DNA of 64,000 nucleotides from Candidatus Obscuribacteraceae bacterium. GTDB taxonomy: Bacteria; Cyanobacteriota; Vampirovibrionia; Obscuribacterales; Obscuribacteraceae. Below, one piece after another: positions 49,179 to 58,283 of the stretch (the stretch's first letter is position 1; the number at the start of each line of letters is the position of its first letter). Made by a program: the position numbers and the translations under genes. The stretch is taken from NCBI GenBank assembly GCA_044226015.1, contig JBGAHS010000005.1:608001-672000 (forward strand), given 5' to 3'. Below the pieces are notes generated by a model, which ran no database searches, was not told where the DNA came from, and saw only the letters and a program-made list of their open reading frames with translations.

Positions 49179-51379
49179 CTCCTAAACCAGCTCCTTATCT
49201 GCTCCCATCTATTAGACTCGGGTTTTGCCCAGTCTATACCGATCATGTGCTCGTTTATTTCCCCGAATGTTTCAATCAGTTTCTCTACCACTCTGGGATC
49301 CCTGCAGGTTCCTCCATGAGAAATTGCATAGCAGTCTGCAAGTACTTCAAGCGGACCACGGTCCGGTGACATATACTCGTAAAACTGGTGAAGCAATCTC
49401 AATCGTGTTCTTGACTCTGTCATAATAGATTCGTCGATTATACCTGCTTCAGCGACCACTTTTTCTGCCGTAGACTCGAAAGCGTTCATGTAGCTGAACC
49501 ATGACTCGGCTCGATTTTTATCGTAGATTTTCTGGATTTGTTTGGTCCAGCCATAAGTATGGTCTATAGCATGTCCTATCTCATGGCGCACCACGCCCTC
49601 TGTAATGCCGCTTGCCTCAAATCGTTTCGTTGAGTTTTTAAATGCCTGCTGAGGAATGACAACCATTTTTCTAGTGGTATCTGTGCATCCTAGTGTGTTT
49701 TCTAAGTCTCCAACGTAGTCCATCACATCTGTAATTGTTCTAGGTGCGAAGATTTTGTAACCTGCTTTTCGAATGTCATTGATGTGCTCAGCGGGCAGAG
49801 TTAGTAGCGTTTCCTTGACTCTAGCAACGTGTTCAACCGAAGCTTGGCTGCTGACGTTATTTTCCATCATTTTGTCGATAGATTTTACAGCTTCAGGTGA
49901 GTGCCGTGCCTCAATTTTGTTGTGGTTCCTAAAAATGTTGCCTTCGCTTTGATAATCAAAGTCAAACTTATTCTTCGCAAAAAGTAGCTCAGGCTGCTGC
50001 TTTCGACTGAAGACGGCTTGCTTTTCGCCATTTACAAGCGCTTCTTCTGCATGCTCAGCTTTCTGCGCAGCCTTTAGAAATGCACCTGTCTTTTCTGTAG
50101 CAAGTGCTAATTCTTCTACTTTGTTGCCAGTCGATAAGATGCGTCCGAGATGTTTGCTTGTGTTTGCAATAGCTGCACCGGCAGTTTCAATTTCGCCAAT
50201 TCCACCTGATGTGAACATCAGCGAGAGCTTTCCAGCTTGTTTTCCGCGCTCATAGTGGCTCGACTTGCTGTAGCTATCAGACCAAGATACGACACCGTCG
50301 GCGATGGCTTTGCCTGCTTGACCGGCGTCATTCATTATGCCTTTGCCATCCCCTTTTCCAAGATGAACAGCGTAGTAATCGAATGCTGTTTTTACAGACT
50401 CTTTGGCGCCTGCGGTAAGGTCATTGACCAAGTTATGCTTGCTCAAGTAGTCGACGCTTTGCACCACTGTTTCTTTGACCGCTTCGCCAAATCCATCCTT
50501 GAAGCCTTTACCCATTTCAAGGACGTCATTGAAGTTTTGCACTCCCATTGTCCTTCCATGGTAGTCTCGCGGGAGGGCTTCCGGTCCCAGATTCTCTGGC
50601 GTAGGTGGAATATGCATAGACTGTTTAGATATTCGCTCGAACTGTGCGCGAGCTGCTTCTACTGGATTTTGTCTTCCTGCTGGCGAGTGCTTTTCGATGA
50701 GCGATTGCTGTTCAGCCGCAGCATGTTGTTCTGTCTTTTCTGTATGCGAGTTCTTTTCTGCAGGTGTGTTCTGTTCATTCGCAGCATGTTTTTCTGTTGG
50801 AGCGTGCTTTTTCTCAGGTGTTCGCTTTTCTGGGGTTGATTGTTTCTCAGAAGAGTGATGCTTTTCCGCAGGCGAGTTCTTTTCTGTAGGTGTATGTTTC
50901 TCAGAAGCTGTATGTTTCTCAGAAGCTGTATGTTTCTCAGAAGCTGTTTGTTTCTCAGCAGCTGGATGCTTCTCGTTGGATGCAGCTGTTTGATGGGGGG
51001 TCTGCTCACTCGACCTTAATTTTGGCTGCTGTTCTTTTGGGTGTTCCTTCGCACCTGCTGCATCTTTTGCAGAAGCGCCGTGGTTCGAATCGAGGTGCGA
51101 GTTACCTCTACCTGTCACGCCTGTGTTGTGTCCCGTGGATTGCTCAAAGTGCGCTGCTGATTCCTTCTTAGACGCAATGACTCGACCCTTGTCTGTGATG
51201 CCGAAACTCTGCCCGCCACCGCCGTCAGGGCTCACAGTGAAACGCCGATTTGGGTTTGCCTTTAATGCTTGTCGATGAGCATAAACGGAGTTCTCAGGGC
51301 TGTCCTTTGCGAGTCTTTCGCTTGCTCGCTCAGCCTTCTGAGAAGTATTATCTGTCTTGTGCTCTGCTTTATCCGACAT
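49175..51379 (-). CDS. Putative polymorphic toxin with a C-terminal HExxH zinc metalloprotease (lethal-factor-like) domain
   Basis: Disordered N-terminus with EKH repeats, helical Gly/Ala middle region, VVRHEIGHAIDH plus a distal EVLADCYA. Confidence 0.7.
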   Translation of the reverse strand: MSDKAEHKTDNTSQKAERASERLAKDSPENSVYAHRQALKANPNRRFTVSPDGGGGQSFGITDKGRVIASKKESAAHFEQSTGHNTGVTGRGNSHLDSNHGASAKDAAGAKEHPKEQQPKLRSSEQTPHQTAASNEKHPAAEKQTASEKHTASEKHTASEKHTPTEKNSPAEKHHSSEKQSTPEKRTPEKKHAPTEKHAANEQNTPAEKNSHTEKTEQHAAAEQQSLIEKHSPAGRQNPVEAARAQFERISKQSMHIPPTPENLGPEALPRDYHGRTMGVQNFNDVLEMGKGFKDGFGEAVKETVVQSVDYLSKHNLVNDLTAGAKESVKTAFDYYAVHLGKGDGKGIMNDAGQAGKAIADGVVSWSDSYSKSSHYERGKQAGKLSLMFTSGGIGEIETAGAAIANTSKHLGRILSTGNKVEELALATEKTGAFLKAAQKAEHAEEALVNGEKQAVFSRKQQPELLFAKNKFDFDYQSEGNIFRNHNKIEARHSPEAVKSIDKMMENNVSSQASVEHVARVKETLLTLPAEHINDIRKAGYKIFAPRTITDVMDYVGDLENTLGCTDTTRKMVVIPQQAFKNSTKRFEASGITEGVVRHEIGHAIDHTYGWTKQIQKIYDKNRAESWFSYMNAFESTAEKVVAEAGIIDESIMTESRTRLRLLHQFYEYMSPDRGPLEVLADCYAISHGGTCRDPRVVEKLIETFGEINEHMIGIDWAKPESNRWEQIRSWFRR
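50820..50960 (-). repeat. Coding 18-bp repeats (EKHTAS-like) in the toxin linker
   Basis: tgtatgtttctcagaagc three times plus degenerate copies. Confidence 0.8.
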
Positions 51380-51613
51380 AAGACTACTATACCTCTTGAG
51401 GCAAGGCTTGTCGGCAGTTGTGATTGCTGATTCAGGAATTTAAATCTTGCGTGCTAGCAACCTTCTCCGCAATCCAATTTTTGCCTGATTCCTCTGCCTC
51501 GGCATCCTTGTTGCATGCATGCATCCCCGCAAAGCAAAGTCGATGTTATTGGTGGAAATCCCCCAAAGATTGTCTTTCGGTATAATGACTAAAGATGTTG
51601 CCGAGGTGATCAA

Positions 51614-52983
51614 ATGAAGCCGCATAGCGAGAACTCTGTTTCATCAAAGAGCACTGAGCGTGCATCCGAGAGAAGTGATTCGTCTCTTGAGAAATCCTCA
51701 GCGAATTTGCAGGCTGAAGCGTCACCTGCAATGAGTGAATTGAACGCGATGATTATCTTGAAGAGGCAGGAGAATAAGGCTCAGAGAAATGAGCGCCTGA
51801 GTAGTCAGTTTCGGCAAACCGGAGATGCTAAGGTTGGGGTTATAACTCGTCAGTTTGGCTGTAGCATTGAATTATCTGACAAGCGAAAGGGCGCAGTTGT
51901 TGTACCTGGAAGGTCAACCGAGGATCTTGCTCGATTGCAAGAATTGAAGTCAGCTGCAAATACCGATGCGCTTATTGGTGAGGGAGGGTCTATCCTGATT
52001 CCCGATAAGACTAGTCCGCGCAATGGAGATGATTCGAATGCAACGCCACAGTTGTATGATGAAGCTTCTGGTGAGATTCACATTGGAAAGAGGACATACT
52101 CTCGCGATCAAATAGTTGCTGATGCTTCTCAGAGCACCAAGGGTGATGCCATAGCAGTTAAACATCCTTTCGTGCTAAATCCTGGTGATAGGTCATGTGA
52201 TTATCCGGACGGTGTCGGTTATATCATGAGAAATGACGGGACTTTGATAAATTCAAGAATGGAAAATATCTTGGTACTGCAATCGATGAATCAACCAACA
52301 AGCCATATAATGCTAATGGTTCTCAGATTTCTTTTCCAGGAACTAGTGATGTGCACAATTTTGGCAAATCGAAAGTCCGCTTCATCAATCCATCATTGCT
52401 TCAGGGTGGAGTGCAGGAAGATGTGAAACTTGAGAGACCTAAAGAGAAGCTCGACGCTCAATTGGACGAGCAAGCTGCTAAAAGCCGATTAGAGAAGACT
52501 CAGATCAGCGAAAAGGATGCACTAAAAGACAAGGCGCAGACCAATGATAAGCCTGATTCGTTCTATTCTTTGGTTCTTAAGGCTAACTATTCCTATGAAA
52601 CACAGTCAGGCAGCATGACTGGGCGACGCGATGGTGGTGATTACATAAACATTAATATTCGAGATAACATGGTAGTGAATGGAAGCCCGATCAATGATGG
52701 TTTATCCCATCGAGGTGTTTTCCCAATTGATGTTGAAGGAGCCTACTTTAAGTGGGTTGATGCTACAGTGCAGGTGAATTCTGGTGGAACAGGCTCAATA
52801 GAGATTCATGGACTTAGTCCCAACACTGGTGATAAGCCTCCGGGACCTGACCGTGTCTGGTATTCTCCTTCTGAGACCTCATTTACGTTGCACCAGAGGA
52901 CAGAGAAGCTGCATGCAGATGTCCACAATTTTTCGCAACTGCCTAAAGAGGTTAAGCGGGAAACTGTAATGAAGAGAAAATGA
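51614..52983 (+). pseudogene. Frameshifted single gene (about 456 aa if repaired), toxin/effector-like
   Basis: ORFs 51614..52426 and 52351..52983 join if one T is added at the TTT run 52243-52245 (…MRNDGT-FDKFKNGKYLG…); could be a sequencing error. Confidence 0.6.
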
Positions 52984-54017
52984 AGTTGAGCATTCTAAAA
53001 TTCTCTATTTTTGCAGTTATTTGCTTTCTCATTGGGTCGTCTTCTGTCTTTGCAGACAGCTTGTTAAGTCTCTCGGACTGGGAGAAGTTGTATAAGGAAA
53101 CGAGGGAAACCGATAGGCGTGGCGGTCGGACACTGCAGTCCTACGAGGAGTTGATTACTAGAAATCCTGAAGGGGTGCCGCCTGATGAGTTGAGCATCTG
53201 TTACTTACAATTGGCTCGGAAGTTTGATGATCTGCATGAGCAAAAATCACACTTGTTGAAAGCTATTGATTTGGCAAAGCATGCAACGGTTAAATCCCCA
53301 GAGTTGTGCGATGCTTTTAGTGACCTATCTTATACCTGCATGAGGCTTGGAGAATACCGCGATTGCGAGACATTCGCTAAGATGGGTATGGATTACGCCG
53401 CTGTCGTCTACGGCAAGAGTTTGCGCAGTGGAAGTTCAATTGTTGTCTATGCTACAGCTGCCGCCAAGAATAGGAATTACAAATTTGCAGAAGAGCTCAT
53501 TTCCAAAGTCGACGAAATGTGCAAGAAAGCCAGTCTTGAAGAAAGGCGAGACTACGAGACACAACTACTCTTTGAGGTTGCAAGCGCTTATCAAGCAAGC
53601 GGTGATTTTTCAAGCGCAGAGAAATACTTTAGGAGAGCCATTTATGCGGCAGAGTCGCTATGGTATCCGTTGTGTGATTGGTGTGGAAGGTGCTTTTCTA
53701 ACCTAGTGACTTGCTGTAATGAGCAGGGGCAATACGCTGAGTCCGATAGAGTCTTTGCTCGCGCGCTAAGCATTCAGAAGACTGGTAATGACCCATTAGG
53801 TGTTGATATTTGCAAATTTTGGAATGGGCAAAAGGCACCTGAGGATATGAGAGTCGTATTTAGCCCATATGAAGTCGTTTCGGAAAAGGAGATGCAAAAG
53901 CGGCGCACTCAGCCGCCTCGTCGCAAGGCGCTCTCTGCTATGGACAAAGATCCTCTGGTGGTCTACAAAAAATACTTGAAGCGAATTCAGCGAAGCAATG
54001 CAAAGGCGAGTCACTGA
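52980..54017 (+). CDS. Exported TPR protein
   Basis: Sec signal (VFA-D), TPR-like helices (A.AYQ.SGDF..AE.YF.RA), ATGA overlap with the upstream gene. Confidence 0.8.
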   Translation: MKLSILKFSIFAVICFLIGSSSVFADSLLSLSDWEKLYKETRETDRRGGRTLQSYEELITRNPEGVPPDELSICYLQLARKFDDLHEQKSHLLKAIDLAKHATVKSPELCDAFSDLSYTCMRLGEYRDCETFAKMGMDYAAVVYGKSLRSGSSIVVYATAAAKNRNYKFAEELISKVDEMCKKASLEERRDYETQLLFEVASAYQASGDFSSAEKYFRRAIYAAESLWYPLCDWCGRCFSNLVTCCNEQGQYAESDRVFARALSIQKTGNDPLGVDICKFWNGQKAPEDMRVVFSPYEVVSEKEMQKRRTQPPRRKALSAMDKDPLVVYKKYLKRIQRSNAKASH

Positions 54018-54055
54018 TCGCGAGAGGCGGCGACAGAGTTCCGTCTGAATGTATG

Positions 54056-54081
54056 AGCGTCGGACTTTTCAATCCGACGCT
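54056..54081. terminator. Hairpin between convergent genes
   Basis: agcgtcgga-cttttcaa-tccgacgct. Confidence 0.5.
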
Positions 54082-54157
54082 TGCATAGCTACTTCATGCA
54101 GTGATGTATTTTAGTCTGCCATGAGTAATTGGAGCGGACATAACCTATGTTCGCTGG

Positions 54158-55012
54158 CTATAGCCCATCCTTAATCCGTTTCAGGCGTATGTTAGGCGAG
54201 AGTTCGGAGTCTAGTGGCTCACGATAAGACTCTCTCCTGGTTACATCAGAGATTACTTTTCTGAATTTCAATGTGTCTTCTTCTGCGCCTGACTTTGAGG
54301 TCAGTGTGAGATCCACCTGTGCGGTCTTAGTATGACGCACTTTTGCATCTTGATAAATTGGCGGATACGAGGTCAAAACGATACTACCTGTGCTAAGCAG
54401 CTCAGTGTCATTTGATACAGACATCTTGCCGCTTACCTTAAGACCTTTCGCCTCCAACTCTTTGTTCAATTGCTTGATCAATTTGTTGAAAGACTCTTCG
54501 CCTGCTTTTGCTGCTTCTCCAAGCAAGTTTTGGATCTTCTCATTCCTGCCACCATATGCGAAGTCATCGTTCTTGCCAATAATCGCAGCGATCGATTTTG
54601 CATACTCGCGAATCTTCTGGTCATCGAGCGGCTTCTCATTCGCTTCGAGTAGCTCTTTGATAAGTGTTTTGTGTTCTTCCCAAGCCTTATCTCCTTCTTT
54701 TGGAATGACCGAACCTTCTTTGATTTGATCCAATATCGATTTCAAATTCGGTAGCGCCTGAGTATTGTTCGGTGTCTTGTCGATCGCATTTTTGACCTGC
54801 TTCATCAATGATTCGATGTTTGGAAACTCAAGCTGACTTGGCGATGCATTCTCATTCTTGTCCGTCAATCGCGGCAAGTTGCTCTTCGCTTCCGGGCTGT
54901 TATTCTTCAAGATTTCGACGAGCGAGAGTCCGTCGGTGCTGCTGTTGTTTGTCTTGTTGTTGTTGTTGTCCAAATTGTGCTGCGATTCGATTTCGTAATG
55001 TTTGTCTGACAT
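54158..55012 (-). CDS. Hypothetical protein, paralog of 32236..33303
   Basis: Start MSDKHY at 55012; shared C-terminal domain. Confidence 0.8.
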   Translation of the reverse strand: MSDKHYEIESQHNLDNNNNKTNNSSTDGLSLVEILKNNSPEAKSNLPRLTDKNENASPSQLEFPNIESLMKQVKNAIDKTPNNTQALPNLKSILDQIKEGSVIPKEGDKAWEEHKTLIKELLEANEKPLDDQKIREYAKSIAAIIGKNDDFAYGGRNEKIQNLLGEAAKAGEESFNKLIKQLNKELEAKGLKVSGKMSVSNDTELLSTGSIVLTSYPPIYQDAKVRHTKTAQVDLTLTSKSGAEEDTLKFRKVISDVTRRESYREPLDSELSPNIRLKRIKDGL

Positions 55013-55239
55013 ATTCCTGCGCCTCATCCTTTTCCTGCTGCGGTCGATTGAATTCCGACCGCTGACTTCCTGGCGCAACCTTCGCGATGCTTATGTTCTA
55101 TCCTCGGCGGATCAATTCTGGACTGCGGACTTCCGCATTTGTTTGCTGTGCAAGTGATATTGGCGTTTGGTTGGGAGTGCGCTTCACGCTGCGGCGAAGC
55201 TTTTGTTGGATTGCACGACGTGTGCCACGGAGCTGAATC

Positions 55240-55286
55240 GGGGGAAGCTGCATTGGGGGAAGCTGCATTGGGGGAAGCTGCATTGG
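55240..55286. repeat. Tandem repeat, 15-bp unit GGGGAAGCTGCATTG, three copies
   Basis: Direct inspection. Confidence 0.85.
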
Positions 55287-55585
55287 CGATGCGGTATCAA
55301 CACAATGGTTAGAACGAGGCGAAAGTTATTTGAAGGGCAAATTTCTTGTTGCAGAGGATGTAACTCTTGGCTCTCTTGAGATCTCTTGACGCTAAGAGGT
55401 GAGCCGTCTGGATCCAAAACTTTGAACATTGGATTTCCACAGGATTTTGCACAATCTGGAGTTTGTCGCTTTTTCTGAGACGGCGATAGGGCGGCTAGTG
55501 TTGCTTGTTGGCAAGCGGTCGCTCTGGTTCTCAGGAGGGTTGAATTTCAACACGGACTGGCAATTATTGTTATAATTCGCCCATT

Positions 55586-55659
55586 GCCCTGGTAGTTCAG
55601 TTGGATAGAACACCTCCGTCCTAAGGAGGGTGTCGGGAGTTCGAGTCTCTCCCAGGGTG
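55586..55659 (+). tRNA. tRNA-Arg (CCT)
   Basis: Cloverleaf: acceptor gccctgg/ccagggt, D stem gttc/gaac, anticodon stem cctcc/ggagg with CCT at 55620-55622, T loop ttcgagt; CCA not encoded. Confidence 0.92.
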
Positions 55660-55816
55660 AGCTTTTCCGGGATCGGTATATACGAGGCCCTACATGGGCC
55701 CTACATAAAGATTTTGAACACGATTCGTCCTAAGGAGGGTGTCGGGAGTTCGAATCTCTCCGAGGGTGAGGCTTTCCGGGATCGGTATATAGCGGGCCCT
55801 ACATGGGCCCTACATA
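55617..55816 (+). mobile_element. Duplicated att-like site (tRNA 3' half plus flank); probable left end of a genomic island
   Basis: 55617-55707 is repeated at 55726-55816; each copy contains tandem GGCCCTACAT repeats. Confidence 0.75.
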
Positions 55817-55900
55817 GACCCAAGAATATGCGATTCCAAAGATCGAACTTGTTGCCGCACCAATGAACTATCGTTATTATCGATACAGTTCGATTGGGGG

Positions 55901-57109
55901 ATGAATAGGATGTCCATCATTTTTATTCACGGCGTTGCAAATCGAGATTCAGATCAAAAATTGCAAAAGACGCGTTTGATTCGAAAACATATGTTTGAGG
56001 AACTGGTTGTAAAACCCGCATCTCAGAAGGTCGCTTCATTTAAATTTGTAGCACCCTATTGGGGCGATCTGGGAGTGTCAGTCCCCGGCAACTTCAAGTC
56101 ACTTCCCAGAGCTACTTACAGGGAGTCTTTGTCTGGCACCAATGAAGACACCAATTCCGGTTTGGATTACCTAATTGCGCTCTATCCTCAACATTCAAAC
56201 GTGAACAAAGGAGAGCGACAATCTCTAGGGACTGCAGCGAGTGGAACGACTGATCAGGTTCTCGTAATTCCTGCTCAGGAGAATCCCAAAGAGTTGATTT
56301 GGGCATTCACTTCAGAATTGATCGAAGATGCATTCTCCTTACATACGGATCCTACTGCGGTAGTTGACGCCATTTTAAAGAAAGCAAAATCGCAATGCGA
56401 TTCAGAGGAATTTTTGGACAGCTTAAGAAAATGCCAGAGCAATAAGGACGTTATCGAAAAACTAGAAGGCTCGTACAATGCCCCTCCTCCTGTTGGAGGA
56501 GGAGGACGACAATCTTTAGGTCCAGCCAAAGATAAGGCTACCCAGCTGATTGATTCAAGCAAAAAAGTCTTAGAAAAAATCGGGCATCTCGCCGCACGCG
56601 GGCTTTCCATTCCTTTTGTAAACATAGCGAGAGATCAGGCGACTACAACGAGGAGATTGATTTTTGTCGGTGACGCAATCAAATATGGAACCTCTGCTCG
56701 CAGAGATGTAATTGATCGCGTTCTTGAAGCAGTTAAACCTGAAATTGGTGCCGACAACCCGCTGATATTGGTTACTCACTCCTTCGGAGGTATAATCGGC
56801 TACGAACTTCTCAAAGAATTAGAGAAGGACTCTGTTGCGCTCTGGGTTACTGTTGGTTCCCCTCTATGTTTTTTCATTGAGCTTGGGCTATTTGACGATC
56901 CATTGCAATGCAGAAAGCCTGAGTCCGTGAAGCGATGGCTGAATGTTTATGATCCTCTCGATCCGATCAGCAGCATGGCTGAACCGATTTTTCCAGGACA
57001 GGTCACCGACATATTGTTAAAAGAGGGGCGTTTTCTGAATTCCGCACATGGAGATTACTTTGTTTATCCATCATTCTACGAAATAATTACAAGCGAATTG
57101 GAGAGCTAA
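55901..57109 (+). CDS. Alpha/beta hydrolase (lipase-like)
   Basis: IFIHGV, PYWGD, nucleophile elbow THSFGG, VTVGSP, WLNVYDPLD, AHGDY. Confidence 0.85.
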   Translation: MNRMSIIFIHGVANRDSDQKLQKTRLIRKHMFEELVVKPASQKVASFKFVAPYWGDLGVSVPGNFKSLPRATYRESLSGTNEDTNSGLDYLIALYPQHSNVNKGERQSLGTAASGTTDQVLVIPAQENPKELIWAFTSELIEDAFSLHTDPTAVVDAILKKAKSQCDSEEFLDSLRKCQSNKDVIEKLEGSYNAPPPVGGGGRQSLGPAKDKATQLIDSSKKVLEKIGHLAARGLSIPFVNIARDQATTTRRLIFVGDAIKYGTSARRDVIDRVLEAVKPEIGADNPLILVTHSFGGIIGYELLKELEKDSVALWVTVGSPLCFFIELGLFDDPLQCRKPESVKRWLNVYDPLDPISSMAEPIFPGQVTDILLKEGRFLNSAHGDYFVYPSFYEIITSELES

Positions 57110-57113
57110 TTAC

Positions 57114-58283
57114 GTGCTTTGGCTTGATCGGAAGAACACTGTGGGAGACAACTCACCTTCAACGCATGCTTTTGTAATCGGTGTCTCGCACTACGACATA
57201 GTTGAGGAAAATCCAAGCAAACATCGGACGTTTGGTATCAATCATTTGGACTGTGCGGCATTGTCGGCTCTTCAATTCGCCAGATGGCTGCGAGATGACT
57301 ATAATAATGCCGCCGCTCCGCTCTCGACTATCAGAATGTTGCTTTCTCCCTCAGTATTGGAAAGAGGAGAAGATCCCGATCTCAATAACTGGAACGACGA
57401 GCATTCTCCAAGCACCGAATCGGTTACTACGGAACTCGAGCTGTGGAGAAATGATTGCCGTAGAAACCTAGACAATGTTGCAATTTTTTATGTCTGCGGA
57501 CATGGTGGAATGTTCAACAGAGGAAAACGATTACTACTCTTGAAAGATTTCGCAAAGCATGAGCAGGTACTGAATTTTTCAATAAACGTAGATAAGGTTA
57601 TTAGTGGATTTGCCGAGAATGATATAGCGCAGACCCAATTCTATTTTGTCGATTGCTGCTCAGTTCGCTTGGGAAACGGAGATGATATAGATTTGGGAGA
57701 TGGAGTTGGATTAACCAGTGCCTGGGGACCCAGTCCAAGGGCTTCTTCCACTTACTTTGCATCAACATGTGAAGAAGAAGCTTATGGTGATCCTGGTGAA
57801 GCTACTGTGTTCATGCAAGCATTGCTTCGATCGGTTTCGGGAGAAGGTGTCGTACCGCATTTAAACGCAGCTGGAAATTGGACGGTGACTGCTCAAAGCT
57901 TGGGCACCACTTTGACTCAACTAGTTGCCAGCCTCGAACCAAAGCAACGAATCACCACTCATTTTATCGGCAATCCGAATTTTCATGTCATACCAGGATC
58001 GCCTAAAGTATCCAGGAAATTACACGTTTCGCCAGAGGAAGGTGCTGAAAAATCTGATGTGATCATCAGGGACAATCAGGCTACAACAAGAATGAAGGTT
58101 GATCGCCCCTTTGCACCCAGTCCGCGGGAAATAGCATTGGAAGCTGGGATTTATCTTGTTGATGTGGTCCCCAGTGATAAATACAATCCGAGAACTAACA
58201 TTGGCTTCGATCTTATTCCAAGTCTTGGAGCTCAGTTGAATCAATTCGATATTGAATTGGAGTTGCAGGTCAATGAAAAATAG
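57114..58283 (+). CDS. Caspase-like protease (peptidase C14) with an intact His-Cys dyad and a C-terminal beta-sandwich
   Basis: THAFVIGVSHY, FYVCGHG, FVDCCS. Confidence 0.88.
   Translation: MLWLDRKNTVGDNSPSTHAFVIGVSHYDIVEENPSKHRTFGINHLDCAALSALQFARWLRDDYNNAAAPLSTIRMLLSPSVLERGEDPDLNNWNDEHSPSTESVTTELELWRNDCRRNLDNVAIFYVCGHGGMFNRGKRLLLLKDFAKHEQVLNFSINVDKVISGFAENDIAQTQFYFVDCCSVRLGNGDDIDLGDGVGLTSAWGPSPRASSTYFASTCEEEAYGDPGEATVFMQALLRSVSGEGVVPHLNAAGNWTVTAQSLGTTLTQLVASLEPKQRITTHFIGNPNFHVIPGSPKVSRKLHVSPEEGAEKSDVIIRDNQATTRMKVDRPFAPSPREIALEAGIYLVDVVPSDKYNPRTNIGFDLIPSLGAQLNQFDIELELQVNEK

Noticed and set aside
55726..55768. Second tRNA gene
   Set aside because: Only the 3' half is present, with no D arm or 5' acceptor strand; it is an att duplication.
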